Shown here piece by piece: positions 30,609 through 39,957 of a stretch of DNA of 64,000 nucleotides. How positions within the stretch are numbered: position 1 is the stretch's first letter; every line of letters begins with the position of its first letter. The translations under genes and the position numbers were made by a program. This DNA comes from Candidatus Heimdallarchaeota archaeon (GTDB taxonomy: Archaea > Asgardarchaeota > Heimdallarchaeia > Heimdallarchaeales > Heimdallarchaeaceae): positions 256,001 through 320,000 of the forward strand of contig JAUVXV010000001.1 of the NCBI GenBank assembly GCA_030603365.1, given 5' to 3'. The notes below the pieces were generated by a model that searched no databases, was not told the DNA's origin, and worked only from the letters and a program-made list of their open reading frames with translations.

Positions 30609-31598
30609 ATGGAAGATCAAAAGGAGATAAGAAACTACCTTTCTGATTCGACAAGAAGGATGGTTTTATCACAAATCATATCTTTTTCAAAAACTGTTTC
30701 TGCATCTGAATTACTAGAGAAATTACCAATTACAAACAGAAGCACACTCTACAATATTCTAGACCGCTTAACTGAATTAAAGCTCATAAAGAGACAAGAA
30801 GTAAAATTTGGTGGTTCTGATAGAGTTTTTTACTCACCAAACCATGATTTAATCTCTAGTGACTTCTTCAGAAGCTTGTTACAAGAATTTAGAGATCTTG
30901 AGAAACCGTCAATTATGAATTTAGAGTTTAAGTACTCTTGGAGTGATTTTCCTGAGTGTTTAATAATGGGAGATACATTACGACTATCTATTGTTTATGG
31001 TTCTTGGATGACAGAAGCAGCAAGTACAATTGATGCTCTTTATGTTCCGGAAATTTCTCAGATGCTATCATATTGGGCTAATAAAATCAAAAAAATACCA
31101 ATTGAAAATGTTTTGATAGATTCTCTATTGGATTATCAAGCGAGTCATGCGAAGAATGAAAATTTGTTGGTAATTGGTTCTGGAGCAGTCAATAGGATTA
31201 CCTCTGAGATCATGAGTTTATATGATGAAAATCTACCTATCAAGTTCCTAACTCCTTCAAGCAAGAATATTTACAGCAAACTAACTGATGTAACTTATAG
31301 CGAAGAATCACAAATAGGATTGTTAACTGGTATTATTGCACTATTACCCAACCCATGGGATAAATCGAAGGTTGTAATCTTATGTGCAGGTTCAAAAAAT
31401 GTTGGAACTCAGGCATCTTTGAAGGTTCTTCTTGATGATATTATATCCTGTATTCAAATGAAAGACAAAATTCTTGTAAACCATAGCAAATTCTCTGAAA
31501 TTCCTATAAGAATACTAAAAGCTGAAGGAAAAGAACTTCTAACAAAAATGATTCAGCAAAAAAGTCCAAAGATTCAAGATTATGAGTTCATAGAATAA
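30609..31598 (+). CDS. wHTH regulator with a C-terminal alpha/beta (S-layer-C-like) domain
   Basis: ArsR-like N-terminus. NLLVIGSGAVN, LPNPWD..KVVILCAG...GT motifs in the C-terminal part. Confidence 0.65.
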   Translation: MEDQKEIRNYLSDSTRRMVLSQIISFSKTVSASELLEKLPITNRSTLYNILDRLTELKLIKRQEVKFGGSDRVFYSPNHDLISSDFFRSLLQEFRDLEKPSIMNLEFKYSWSDFPECLIMGDTLRLSIVYGSWMTEAASTIDALYVPEISQMLSYWANKIKKIPIENVLIDSLLDYQASHAKNENLLVIGSGAVNRITSEIMSLYDENLPIKFLTPSSKNIYSKLTDVTYSEESQIGLLTGIIALLPNPWDKSKVVILCAGSKNVGTQASLKVLLDDIISCIQMKDKILVNHSKFSEIPIRILKAEGKELLTKMIQQKSPKIQDYEFIE

Positions 31599-31605
31599 AA
31601 AGAAT

Positions 31606-32007
31606 TTATTCTTTTTCAACTGTTACCTCAAGAGGTTCCAAATTGTTCTCTACCATTCTCCTTCATACTCAATCTGTTCAGAAAGGTTAGGGAGTTTGAC
31701 TATGCCTTATGTTGAATTAATCTACTACTTGTTTAAGAAAAACTGATGGAAATTCAGGAAATTCGTTTCCCAATTCTCTTGTATGCCCAGCATAATTTCT
31801 ACCAATCCCCACTATTTTTGAAGGTATGATGGGCGTAAGTATCTTTATTTCATCAACTTTTATACCTTTGGATGAGATGTCAATTTTCTCTGAAGTGTTT
31901 TTCATAACTTCAGATATTTCAGAAAAGATTTCAAATACTTTTTTTTCAGATTTTTCATAAATTGCATTGCAAATCCTATCTTCAAACAAAATCCTACCTA
32001 TAGGCAT
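31606..32007 (-). pseudogene. Fumarylacetoacetate hydrolase family pseudogene
   Basis: PSKIVGIGRNYAGH...PSVFLK, then frame disruption. IVKLPNLSEQIEYEGE resumes downstream, then the sequence jumps to a C-terminal-like VENNLEPLEVTVEKE*. Confidence 0.8.
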
Positions 32008-32013
32008 ATTGCA

Positions 32014-33666
32014 TCACTCTGTTGCGGGAATTTTATCTAAATTTAGTAATTTAAAATTCTTAGGTCTAAAGAATAAATACATTAAGATTCCCACTGCAAT
32101 AAGTACAGCAGCAATAAAGAATACAACTATCGTAGCGTATGAATCACGCTCTATAGCTGATCCTAAATAGATAAAGAAATATGATATTGGTTTAAAGACA
32201 AAGAATGTGAGAACTCCTAAACCAGATAGGAACAATGATGAAATGCCTATGATGCTGGATCTCTTTCTTTTATGCAATCTTACAATTTTACCTATGAATA
32301 AGTAACAAATAATCCCCAATGAGATTAGGAAAATTATTGTGTAAGCCATTATGACTTTTATATTTGATGAAGTTAAATCAGCTTTGTCTACTGCCAAAGC
32401 ATCTGTTATAGGACCTGTGATGATGGTCCCACCCATACCCCACGATAAATAAAACGTGGCGTTGTAGTAACCCATCATTTTACCTCTATCTTTTAATGGA
32501 ACTACGCGGTTTACCATAGAATATGCAGTTGTCTGGATCCACACTCTGGATGTTCCCTTTAATGCCATATAAGCAAAGAAAATTATGATATGTGGAGCAA
32601 ATGGTAAAGCTATAGTTCCAACAAAAGCAAACAAAAACCCTATGAGCAACATTTTTGAATCGCCAAATCGAGTTGTCAAGAACCCTATAACCAAACCTGC
32701 GATAATCATTGCTATACTGCTTGTATTTCTTAATTGTGCAACAACTATATCTGAAGCATTGAACGTGGTTGGAAGTCTTACATAGATTTGTATCATTTGA
32801 TTTATGCTATTCCCACCGATGTTTACAATCGCTAGAACAATAAGAAACCAAATGAAAAGCTTCGTAGGCCAATCTGTTTTACCTTTTTTGCTTTCTTTAT
32901 GTATATTTCTTAGTTCATTTTTGTTCTCCTTTTCATCTATTTCCGTAAAGTAATCATCATCTAAATCAACATAAGATTCAGGTATCAGGAAGAGAGCAAA
33001 CATGCTGAAAATCATTAACCCTGAAGAAATATAAAACAAATCTCCCAACCAAAAACCAAAACCATCCTGGTATAAGAACCCACTAGCTGTGACACCAATA
33101 ATATTTCCAATACCTCCAACAAATTGCAAAAGACCCATTGTTCTACTTCGTTCTGAATCTCTTGTTAAATCAGCAATTAATGCTGTCCATCCAAGATTAC
33201 TACTGCTCCATCCTGCTTCTATGATTGTAAAACCAAATATTATAACATAGGCAGATACTCGCAAAATACTAGGTATTAACTCATTATCAAATGTAATTAT
33301 GTACTGTGCTAAATTTGTTAGATCTGTTTGAGAAAAAAGGACTTCACTGATATGACCAACACCAACATTCCCCTTATTGATGTTATTATGGATCCAAAAT
33401 ACGATTAGATAACCTATTGCTGCAAAAATCTCCCCAAATACAATTAACAATCTTCTCTTTTTGAATTTATCAGAAATTCTCCCCCATATTGTGGACTGTG
33501 CAACAATATTAGCCACCATTGGCAATGTCGCAAACAATGTCATTTCCGTGTATGAAACTCCTAAAAATTCCCAAAGATATATACTTAGAAAGAAATAAAA
33601 TATCCCTCTTCTGAGTTGAGCTAGAATTTGAAAAATCGACAAACTCGCAAAATGTTTCTTCTTCAT
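32014..33666 (-). CDS. MFS transporter with extra TM insertions
   Basis: WGRISDKFKKRR motif A, P.KDRGK.MG.Y, and about 14 hydrophobic segments. Confidence 0.85.
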   Translation of the reverse strand: MKKKHFASLSIFQILAQLRRGIFYFFLSIYLWEFLGVSYTEMTLFATLPMVANIVAQSTIWGRISDKFKKRRLLIVFGEIFAAIGYLIVFWIHNNINKGNVGVGHISEVLFSQTDLTNLAQYIITFDNELIPSILRVSAYVIIFGFTIIEAGWSSSNLGWTALIADLTRDSERSRTMGLLQFVGGIGNIIGVTASGFLYQDGFGFWLGDLFYISSGLMIFSMFALFLIPESYVDLDDDYFTEIDEKENKNELRNIHKESKKGKTDWPTKLFIWFLIVLAIVNIGGNSINQMIQIYVRLPTTFNASDIVVAQLRNTSSIAMIIAGLVIGFLTTRFGDSKMLLIGFLFAFVGTIALPFAPHIIIFFAYMALKGTSRVWIQTTAYSMVNRVVPLKDRGKMMGYYNATFYLSWGMGGTIITGPITDALAVDKADLTSSNIKVIMAYTIIFLISLGIICYLFIGKIVRLHKRKRSSIIGISSLFLSGLGVLTFFVFKPISYFFIYLGSAIERDSYATIVVFFIAAVLIAVGILMYLFFRPKNFKLLNLDKIPATE

Positions 33667-33849
33667 CTTCTAAATCTCCATTCGTGATGGAACTATATTA
33701 TACTTTTAGAGTTCTGTTTCAAAAAAAATCGAAACGGAATATTAAGCTTATGATAGGTTCTCTTCTTCTTGTATTTATATTTAAGATAATTATGTATTAG
33801 TTTTCTGCTTATTAAAAAATCTTTTATAGTTTTCTGCTACAATACAGTT

Positions 33850-33929
33850 GAGGACAATGTTAGGTGAATATGAAACAATTATATAGCGGTTTTTTTAAGT
33901 CCCTACTGTTAAGTAGAAACGCTGTCCTC
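33850..33929 (+). promoter_or_regulatory. Structured 5' leader of thrS
   Basis: GAGGACA(33850-56)/TGTCCTC(33923-29) encloses CTACT-GTTA-AGTAG. TATA-like CTTTTATAG at ~33821. Confidence 0.4.
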
Positions 33930-33964
33930 TTGAGAAATTTGAACAGATTTTTACAGGTGATTAT

Positions 33965-35893
33965 ATGGTTAAAATAGAACTACCAGATGGAAATATGTTG
34001 GAAGTATCAAAGAATAGTACTATTTTGAGTATAGCTCAACAAATAGGACCAAGGCTAGCTGAAGCAGCTGTTGCAGCTAAAATTGACGGCAATTTAGTTG
34101 ATTTATTTTATGAAGTTACAAAAAATAGTAAACTTGAGATACTTACAAACAAATCGGAAGAAGCTCTTGATATTCTAAATCATAGTGCAGCTCATATTAT
34201 GGCGGGTGCAGTTGTCGATTTATTCCCAGATGCTAGGCCAACTATCGGACCAAGTATTGAACCAGTAGGCTTCTATTACGATTTCTATGTGAAGAAACCA
34301 TTTACTCAAGAGGATTTAGAACAGATACAGAAAAGAGTTGACGAGGTAATTCAAGAAAATTCTGAGTTTAAAAGAGAAGAGTTGTCCCTGAAGGATGCTA
34401 TAAATTATTATCAAACTGAAGATAAGAACAAATTCAAAGTTGAGATTCTAGAGGAAACAGAAGTAGATGAAGTGTCATTCTATTCTCATGGAAAAGGGGC
34501 CTTTAAAGATCTTTGCAGAGGACCACACATTCCTTCAACTGGACGAATTAAAGGAATAAAGATTCTAAATGCTTCCTCAGCTTTTTGGAGAGGAGATGCT
34601 CAAAGAGAGTCCTTGCAACGAGTTTATGGTGTGGCTTTCTTCAACCCGAAACAGCTAAGAAAGCATCTTCATATGCTTGAAGAAGCCAAGAAAAGAGATC
34701 ATAGAATTCTCGGATCTCAACTTGATCTATTTGGTACCGCTGATGAATGGGGACCAGGAATGCCATTGATTTATCCAAAAGGTACAATTATTCTTGAGAT
34801 TTTGAAAGCCTTCTGGATTAAAGAACATAGAAAAGCTGGATATGAAATTGTTCAAACCCCCCATATTTTCAAGGAATTAGTCTGGCAAACCAGCGGTCAT
34901 ATTGAATATTTCCTGGAAAATATGTTCCCAGTTGATCTCAAAGGAGAAAAGTGGTTTATTAAACCGATGAACTGTCCGGGTCACATGATGATTTACAATA
35001 GAAAAGCTTACTCATATCGCGAACTACCCGTTCGATTGGGAGAGATGGGTACAGTTTATCGTTATGAATTGTCTGGGGCTTTGCATGGTCTTTTTAGGGT
35101 ACTAAGTATCACTCAAGATGATGCCCACATCTTCATGTTACCAGATCAACTTGAAGATGAGATAGTTAGAGTAATTGAAATGGTAGATCATTTCTACAAA
35201 GCTTTTGGTTTTGAAGAATGGGAGTATTTCGTTAGTACTAAACCAGAAAAAGCTATTGGCGATGATGCTGGATGGGATCATGCAACAGATGCATTAATGA
35301 AAGCTCTAGAAAGAGTTGATATTAAATACAAAGTCAAAGAGGGTGATGGTGCGTTCTATGGCCCCAAAATAGACGTAGACGTTAAGGATGCTATTGGCAG
35401 ACGATGGCAATTGGCAACTATCCAGGTTGATTTCAATCTTCCAGATAGATTCGATATCAATTATCTCGGAGAAGATGGACAAAAACATCGTCCATTCGTT
35501 ATTCATCGAGTTATTTACGGTTGTATGGAGAGATTCTTAGCAATAATTGTAGAGAATTATGCAGGAAAGATGCCTATATGGTTAAGTCCTGTTCAAACAG
35601 TCGTGATTCCAATAACTGATTCTCATGCAGAATATGCCAAGAAAGTGGCTGATGAACTTGTTGAAGCTGGTATCAGAGCTGAAGCAGATTTTAGTGGTGA
35701 AAGAATGGAGTACAAAATACGACATGCTACTATGCAGAAAGTTCCATATATCATCAATGTTGGTGATAAGGAAATAGAAGCGGAAACCATTGCTGTTAGA
35801 AATGTTAGATCTAAAGATAACAAAGTAGAATTTGGTGTGAAGATACCAGATTTTATAGATAAAGTTCTTCAACAAAACAAAAACTATGAATGA
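33965..35893 (+). CDS. thrS: Threonyl-tRNA synthetase, bacterial/eukaryal type (TGS + editing domain)
   Basis: HSAAH, DLCRGPH, RDHR, KPMNCPGH, QDDAH and IHR motifs. Confidence 0.97.
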   Translation: MVKIELPDGNMLEVSKNSTILSIAQQIGPRLAEAAVAAKIDGNLVDLFYEVTKNSKLEILTNKSEEALDILNHSAAHIMAGAVVDLFPDARPTIGPSIEPVGFYYDFYVKKPFTQEDLEQIQKRVDEVIQENSEFKREELSLKDAINYYQTEDKNKFKVEILEETEVDEVSFYSHGKGAFKDLCRGPHIPSTGRIKGIKILNASSAFWRGDAQRESLQRVYGVAFFNPKQLRKHLHMLEEAKKRDHRILGSQLDLFGTADEWGPGMPLIYPKGTIILEILKAFWIKEHRKAGYEIVQTPHIFKELVWQTSGHIEYFLENMFPVDLKGEKWFIKPMNCPGHMMIYNRKAYSYRELPVRLGEMGTVYRYELSGALHGLFRVLSITQDDAHIFMLPDQLEDEIVRVIEMVDHFYKAFGFEEWEYFVSTKPEKAIGDDAGWDHATDALMKALERVDIKYKVKEGDGAFYGPKIDVDVKDAIGRRWQLATIQVDFNLPDRFDINYLGEDGQKHRPFVIHRVIYGCMERFLAIIVENYAGKMPIWLSPVQTVVIPITDSHAEYAKKVADELVEAGIRAEADFSGERMEYKIRHATMQKVPYIINVGDKEIEAETIAVRNVRSKDNKVEFGVKIPDFIDKVLQQNKNYE

Positions 35894-35952
35894 TAATATT
35901 ATCATTCTATCTTCTTTTTAAAACAAAAAATAAATAAGAATAGAAATGGATA

Positions 35953-36636
35953 TTAATTTCCATTTTGTAATTTAGCCAATTCTTCTTCGATGTGGTCTAT
36001 TTTTATTCCTAAGGTATCCATTAATTGGAAGCACCAACCCAACCATACATTAACAAACCCCATAGCTCCAGCATCAACAACACCTGCTTCTTTCAAAACT
36101 GGTAAAAGATTTGGAGTGTTTTCAAGAGATTTAACGGCTGTTTTATAAGTTTCAGTAATCATCTCAGTCCAATCGCCACCATTGGAAACAATTGCTTTAG
36201 CTTTATCTGCTGTATCTTTTATAACTGTGAGTATGGTTCCTTCTGTTGGGTGAAGCACAGCATCGTAAGACCATTCAGAACCTGCTTCAAGTGCTTTTGC
36301 AAATTCTTCAATTCCTACTTCATCATGCTCTTCAATCTCAGCACTGAAACCTTGGAAAAATTGGGAAATAATGACACCTGAATTACCTTTAGCACCAAGA
36401 AAACTACCTTTAGTTATTAGTTGTGCAGCTTCTTGAATAGTAGAAGGATCTATCTCATTAAATTGTTCAACAACAGTTCTTATTGTTAAAAATAAATTTA
36501 CACCAGTATCTCCATCTGGTATTGGAAAAACGTTAATTGCGTTTAACTCTTCTTTAGTTTGCTCTAGATTATGAGCAGCTGTAATCATCATTTTTTTAAG
36601 AGTGATCCCATCAATTTTTGAGTTAGGTACCATCAT
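35953..36636 (-). CDS. Stand-alone DAK2 domain protein (FakA N-terminal kinase-like)
   Basis: LNAINVFPIPDGDTGVN, GAKGNSGVI, EGTILTV and VVDAG motifs. Confidence 0.88.
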   Translation of the reverse strand: MMVPNSKIDGITLKKMMITAAHNLEQTKEELNAINVFPIPDGDTGVNLFLTIRTVVEQFNEIDPSTIQEAAQLITKGSFLGAKGNSGVIISQFFQGFSAEIEEHDEVGIEEFAKALEAGSEWSYDAVLHPTEGTILTVIKDTADKAKAIVSNGGDWTEMITETYKTAVKSLENTPNLLPVLKEAGVVDAGAMGFVNVWLGWCFQLMDTLGIKIDHIEEELAKLQNGN

Positions 36637-36654
36637 TTCTTTGCCCCACGTTCT

Positions 36655-36756
36655 AAGATAAAGTATCCTGTCGCAGTACTATTTTACTGCATGAAGTATT
36701 TAATACTTCCGTACTTTTATGAACATAAAATATTGCAAATTAGAATTGCATTTACG
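36655..36756 (-). promoter_or_regulatory. Multi-hairpin 5' leader of the DAK2 gene
   Basis: Five consecutive inverted repeats between a minus-strand TATA (~36789-36780) and the start codon. Confidence 0.45.
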
Positions 36757-36881
36757 CTCTTGTGTAATTGCCAAAGAACCTTTTAAAAACCTATCCATTA
36801 GGCAATATTATATGCCAAGAGAACATTAAATTCTCGAGAAATAAGCGAAATTAAGAAAAAGAGAATGAGAAAAAAAATCAC

Positions 36882-39812
36882 CTAATCTAAGAGTAAAGCT
36901 GGTCTCATTGGACGAGCTTTTTGTGCTTTGTTCTTAGGGTCATAAATTTCTTTATCAGACGCAATATGTACTAAAACTTCTGCATCAACAAAGGATCTGC
37001 TAATGAACTCTCTATAACCTTCTATAGCTTTTTTCTGGTTTTCCGCGGATAACATCTCAATTCTGAAAATTGATGGGTCTCTTAACATCTGTTTTGCTTC
37101 ATCAGCAATTTCCTTCATATATTTACTCAAGATTTTGCTTTCTTTTGCAGCACTCATTATCTTGCCAATTTTAACCGCTTCATTTTCAAAAATCTCTTGT
37201 GCTACTCTGTATAATTCATTCTTCCAATCTGCATTAATGTAAATATGAATCTTCTTAGGTGTTGTTTTAACAAGTTTAACTATTTCTTCAATATCCTCAA
37301 GAAGATTGCTGATGAATTTAGCTTGAAGAGAGTTTGATTTATCCTGTTCAGTAATTTTGATTTCAGGAAATTGTTTTAGAGAGACATATCCTTGGTTATT
37401 CATTCTTTCATGCAATTCCTCTGATATGTGTGGAATTACTGGAGCCATTATGACTATAATCTGTTCAATTACTTCTCTTAATATGGTCTCTCTCTCTTCT
37501 CTTTGCAGATGTTCAGCAATTTTATGATATTCATCTATAGCTCTAATATTGCTGTAAAATCCTTCTAATACATAATCTCGGATATTAGAGTCTTCTATTG
37601 CTTTCAAAGCTTTTTTTAAGTTTGTTTTAACAGAAGATAAGAAAATTCTTGAAGGAAAAGCTGGAGTTAAATTCTCAGTTTTTACAGTATCTACACTTCT
37701 ATTAGCATATTCCCAGAATTTTCTTAATCTTTGTAGAGCAAAATTAACTTCTGTTTCCCTCCAATCAACCACAGTATCTGCTGTAGCTATTGAAGCTAAA
37801 TGCAATCTTGTTAAATCAACACTATATTTTTCTGGAATTTGAGCAATAGGTATAACATTTCTTTTGCTTTTACCCATTTTTTGTCCTTCACGAATTAACA
37901 TTTCATTCAATGAAAATGCTGGTAACCAATATTTCTCAGGAAAGATGGCAACATGATGGAAGATTGCAAATGACAAGTGGTTTGAGATATGTGCTACTGC
38001 AGTGTGTCGCAAATCATTTGGATAATAGTACTCAAAAGATTCTTTCATCTCTTTGATAATTTCCACTGAAAGACTAGTTTGATCACTGACTTCCTTCATT
38101 TTTCCTTTGTTCAAGAAGATATAATCAAATAATTCTGGTTTCAACTGATTAGGTTGAATATTATTTTCTTTAATAGACCTAATGATGGTATAAAATGCCA
38201 TGTAAATAACAGAATCACTTAATGATTCTATTATCCATCCCTCTCCTTTGGTCATTGGGAACTCTGTTCCTAATCCTCTCTTTCTAACGCAAGGTCGTTT
38301 ATCTAACCAGTTAAATGTACTTTCAAAGGTTTGTCTATATTTGTCAGGAGTGATTGTCATCTTATTTAATGCTTTAAAGGCTGTTTCTTTCCATTTTTCA
38401 TCCCCATAATTAAGGAAATATTGATCTTGCAATACGGCAACTATTATCTGAGCCCCACATCTACAAAGTGCTTTTTTAGAAGTTTCAAAAACAGCAGTTG
38501 CTAAATTATCCTCTTTTAGTTTACTTGTTACTGCATCTTTAGCCTGTTCTACTTCTAATCCTTTGAATTTTCCAGTGATTTCTTTCATAATTCCAGAATA
38601 GAATTCATCCTTATAGATGGTCTGTGTTGCTTTTTCTAACTTCTGTTTATCTTCTTGGCTTTTTACATCTAACATTTTACATAATTCAACAGCTGGAAAA
38701 TCACCATAACCTTTTACAGAAATTAATGATATTGGTTTGATACGACTTAGACGTTCTTGATTCAAGTTATATTCTTCAATAGTTGCATCATCATTTTGCA
38801 AATCTATCAAGGCTGCATAATCATATGGCGCATGTGCAGGAACGCTATATACAACACCTGTTGCATGATCAGTATCTACAAAGGTTGCTGGATAGATAGG
38901 GATTTTTTCTTCAGTTATAGGAACTGTTACTTCTTCATTCACAACTTCTTTGCCTTTTATTTCACGGATAATGCTAATATTATGTTCTTGCTCTCTTAAT
39001 TTCTCAGCAGCTTCTCTAGAAACGATCCAGTTCTCACCATCAATTTCAATTTCATTATAATCTGCATCTGGATGAATCCAAACATTTGTTGCTCCGTATA
39101 TGGTTTCAGGACGCAATGTTGCAGCAACTAAAAAGGTTCCATTACTTAATTTGAATTTAATTCCAACAAATTCACTAACTTCAACTTTGAGTAAATCCCC
39201 ATCTTGAATGTCATCCTCACCAACAGCATTCTTATCATTAATACACCATAAGATAGGATAGCTCCCCTTTGTTATCAGATTCTTCTCATTGAGTATTTTA
39301 TATTGCCATTCGATAAATTTGTTATATTCCTTGTCTCCTGTAGTAAATTGACGAGTATCATCTAATGAGAACCCCATACCCAGAAAGTCTTGAATAATGG
39401 CATTAGCAAAGAAATTAGCAACATTTTTTTGATCCTTAAAGGATGCAACAATCTCTTTTGCGATAACTGGATCTTTTTCGTAAATAGAAACATAATCTAT
39501 GTAGGTTTCCCACACTTCCTTATCTTTGCTTTTAATTTGAAATGCAACTGCTTGAACTGGAGTTCCAGTTATGTGAAAAGCCATAGGCCAAAACACATTG
39601 TAACCACTTTGTCTTTTATATCTTGCGAAAATATCTCCAATATTATATGTTCTACAGTGTCCTATATGTAAAGGTCCTGAAGCATATGGATAAGGTACTG
39701 TTATGAACCATTTGGGGTATGGACTATCTATTTTGTTTACAAATACCTGATCTTCTTGCCATTTTTTCTGCCATTTTTTTTCTATTTCTCGTATGTCATC
39801 TAGAAAGGTCAT
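36882..39812 (-). CDS. leuS: Leucyl-tRNA synthetase (archaeal/eukaryal type)
   Basis: PYASGPLHIGH, TLRPET, SVPAHAPYD, IESLSDS and KMGKS motifs. Confidence 0.97.
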   Translation of the reverse strand: MTFLDDIREIEKKWQKKWQEDQVFVNKIDSPYPKWFITVPYPYASGPLHIGHCRTYNIGDIFARYKRQSGYNVFWPMAFHITGTPVQAVAFQIKSKDKEVWETYIDYVSIYEKDPVIAKEIVASFKDQKNVANFFANAIIQDFLGMGFSLDDTRQFTTGDKEYNKFIEWQYKILNEKNLITKGSYPILWCINDKNAVGEDDIQDGDLLKVEVSEFVGIKFKLSNGTFLVAATLRPETIYGATNVWIHPDADYNEIEIDGENWIVSREAAEKLREQEHNISIIREIKGKEVVNEEVTVPITEEKIPIYPATFVDTDHATGVVYSVPAHAPYDYAALIDLQNDDATIEEYNLNQERLSRIKPISLISVKGYGDFPAVELCKMLDVKSQEDKQKLEKATQTIYKDEFYSGIMKEITGKFKGLEVEQAKDAVTSKLKEDNLATAVFETSKKALCRCGAQIIVAVLQDQYFLNYGDEKWKETAFKALNKMTITPDKYRQTFESTFNWLDKRPCVRKRGLGTEFPMTKGEGWIIESLSDSVIYMAFYTIIRSIKENNIQPNQLKPELFDYIFLNKGKMKEVSDQTSLSVEIIKEMKESFEYYYPNDLRHTAVAHISNHLSFAIFHHVAIFPEKYWLPAFSLNEMLIREGQKMGKSKRNVIPIAQIPEKYSVDLTRLHLASIATADTVVDWRETEVNFALQRLRKFWEYANRSVDTVKTENLTPAFPSRIFLSSVKTNLKKALKAIEDSNIRDYVLEGFYSNIRAIDEYHKIAEHLQREERETILREVIEQIIVIMAPVIPHISEELHERMNNQGYVSLKQFPEIKITEQDKSNSLQAKFISNLLEDIEEIVKLVKTTPKKIHIYINADWKNELYRVAQEIFENEAVKIGKIMSAAKESKILSKYMKEIADEAKQMLRDPSIFRIEMLSAENQKKAIEGYREFISRSFVDAEVLVHIASDKEIYDPKNKAQKARPMRPALLLD

Positions 39813-39957
39813 CCGGAATCCTCCTTAACTTCTGTCAATTTTCATATTTATGAAACAGGAGACTTAGTCTTTTGCTGGTGACACAGATAACAGATTAAAA
39901 GAGTTATCTTTGAGCTTATGAAATACAGTAAGAATGGATAATAATCTACTTCAATAG

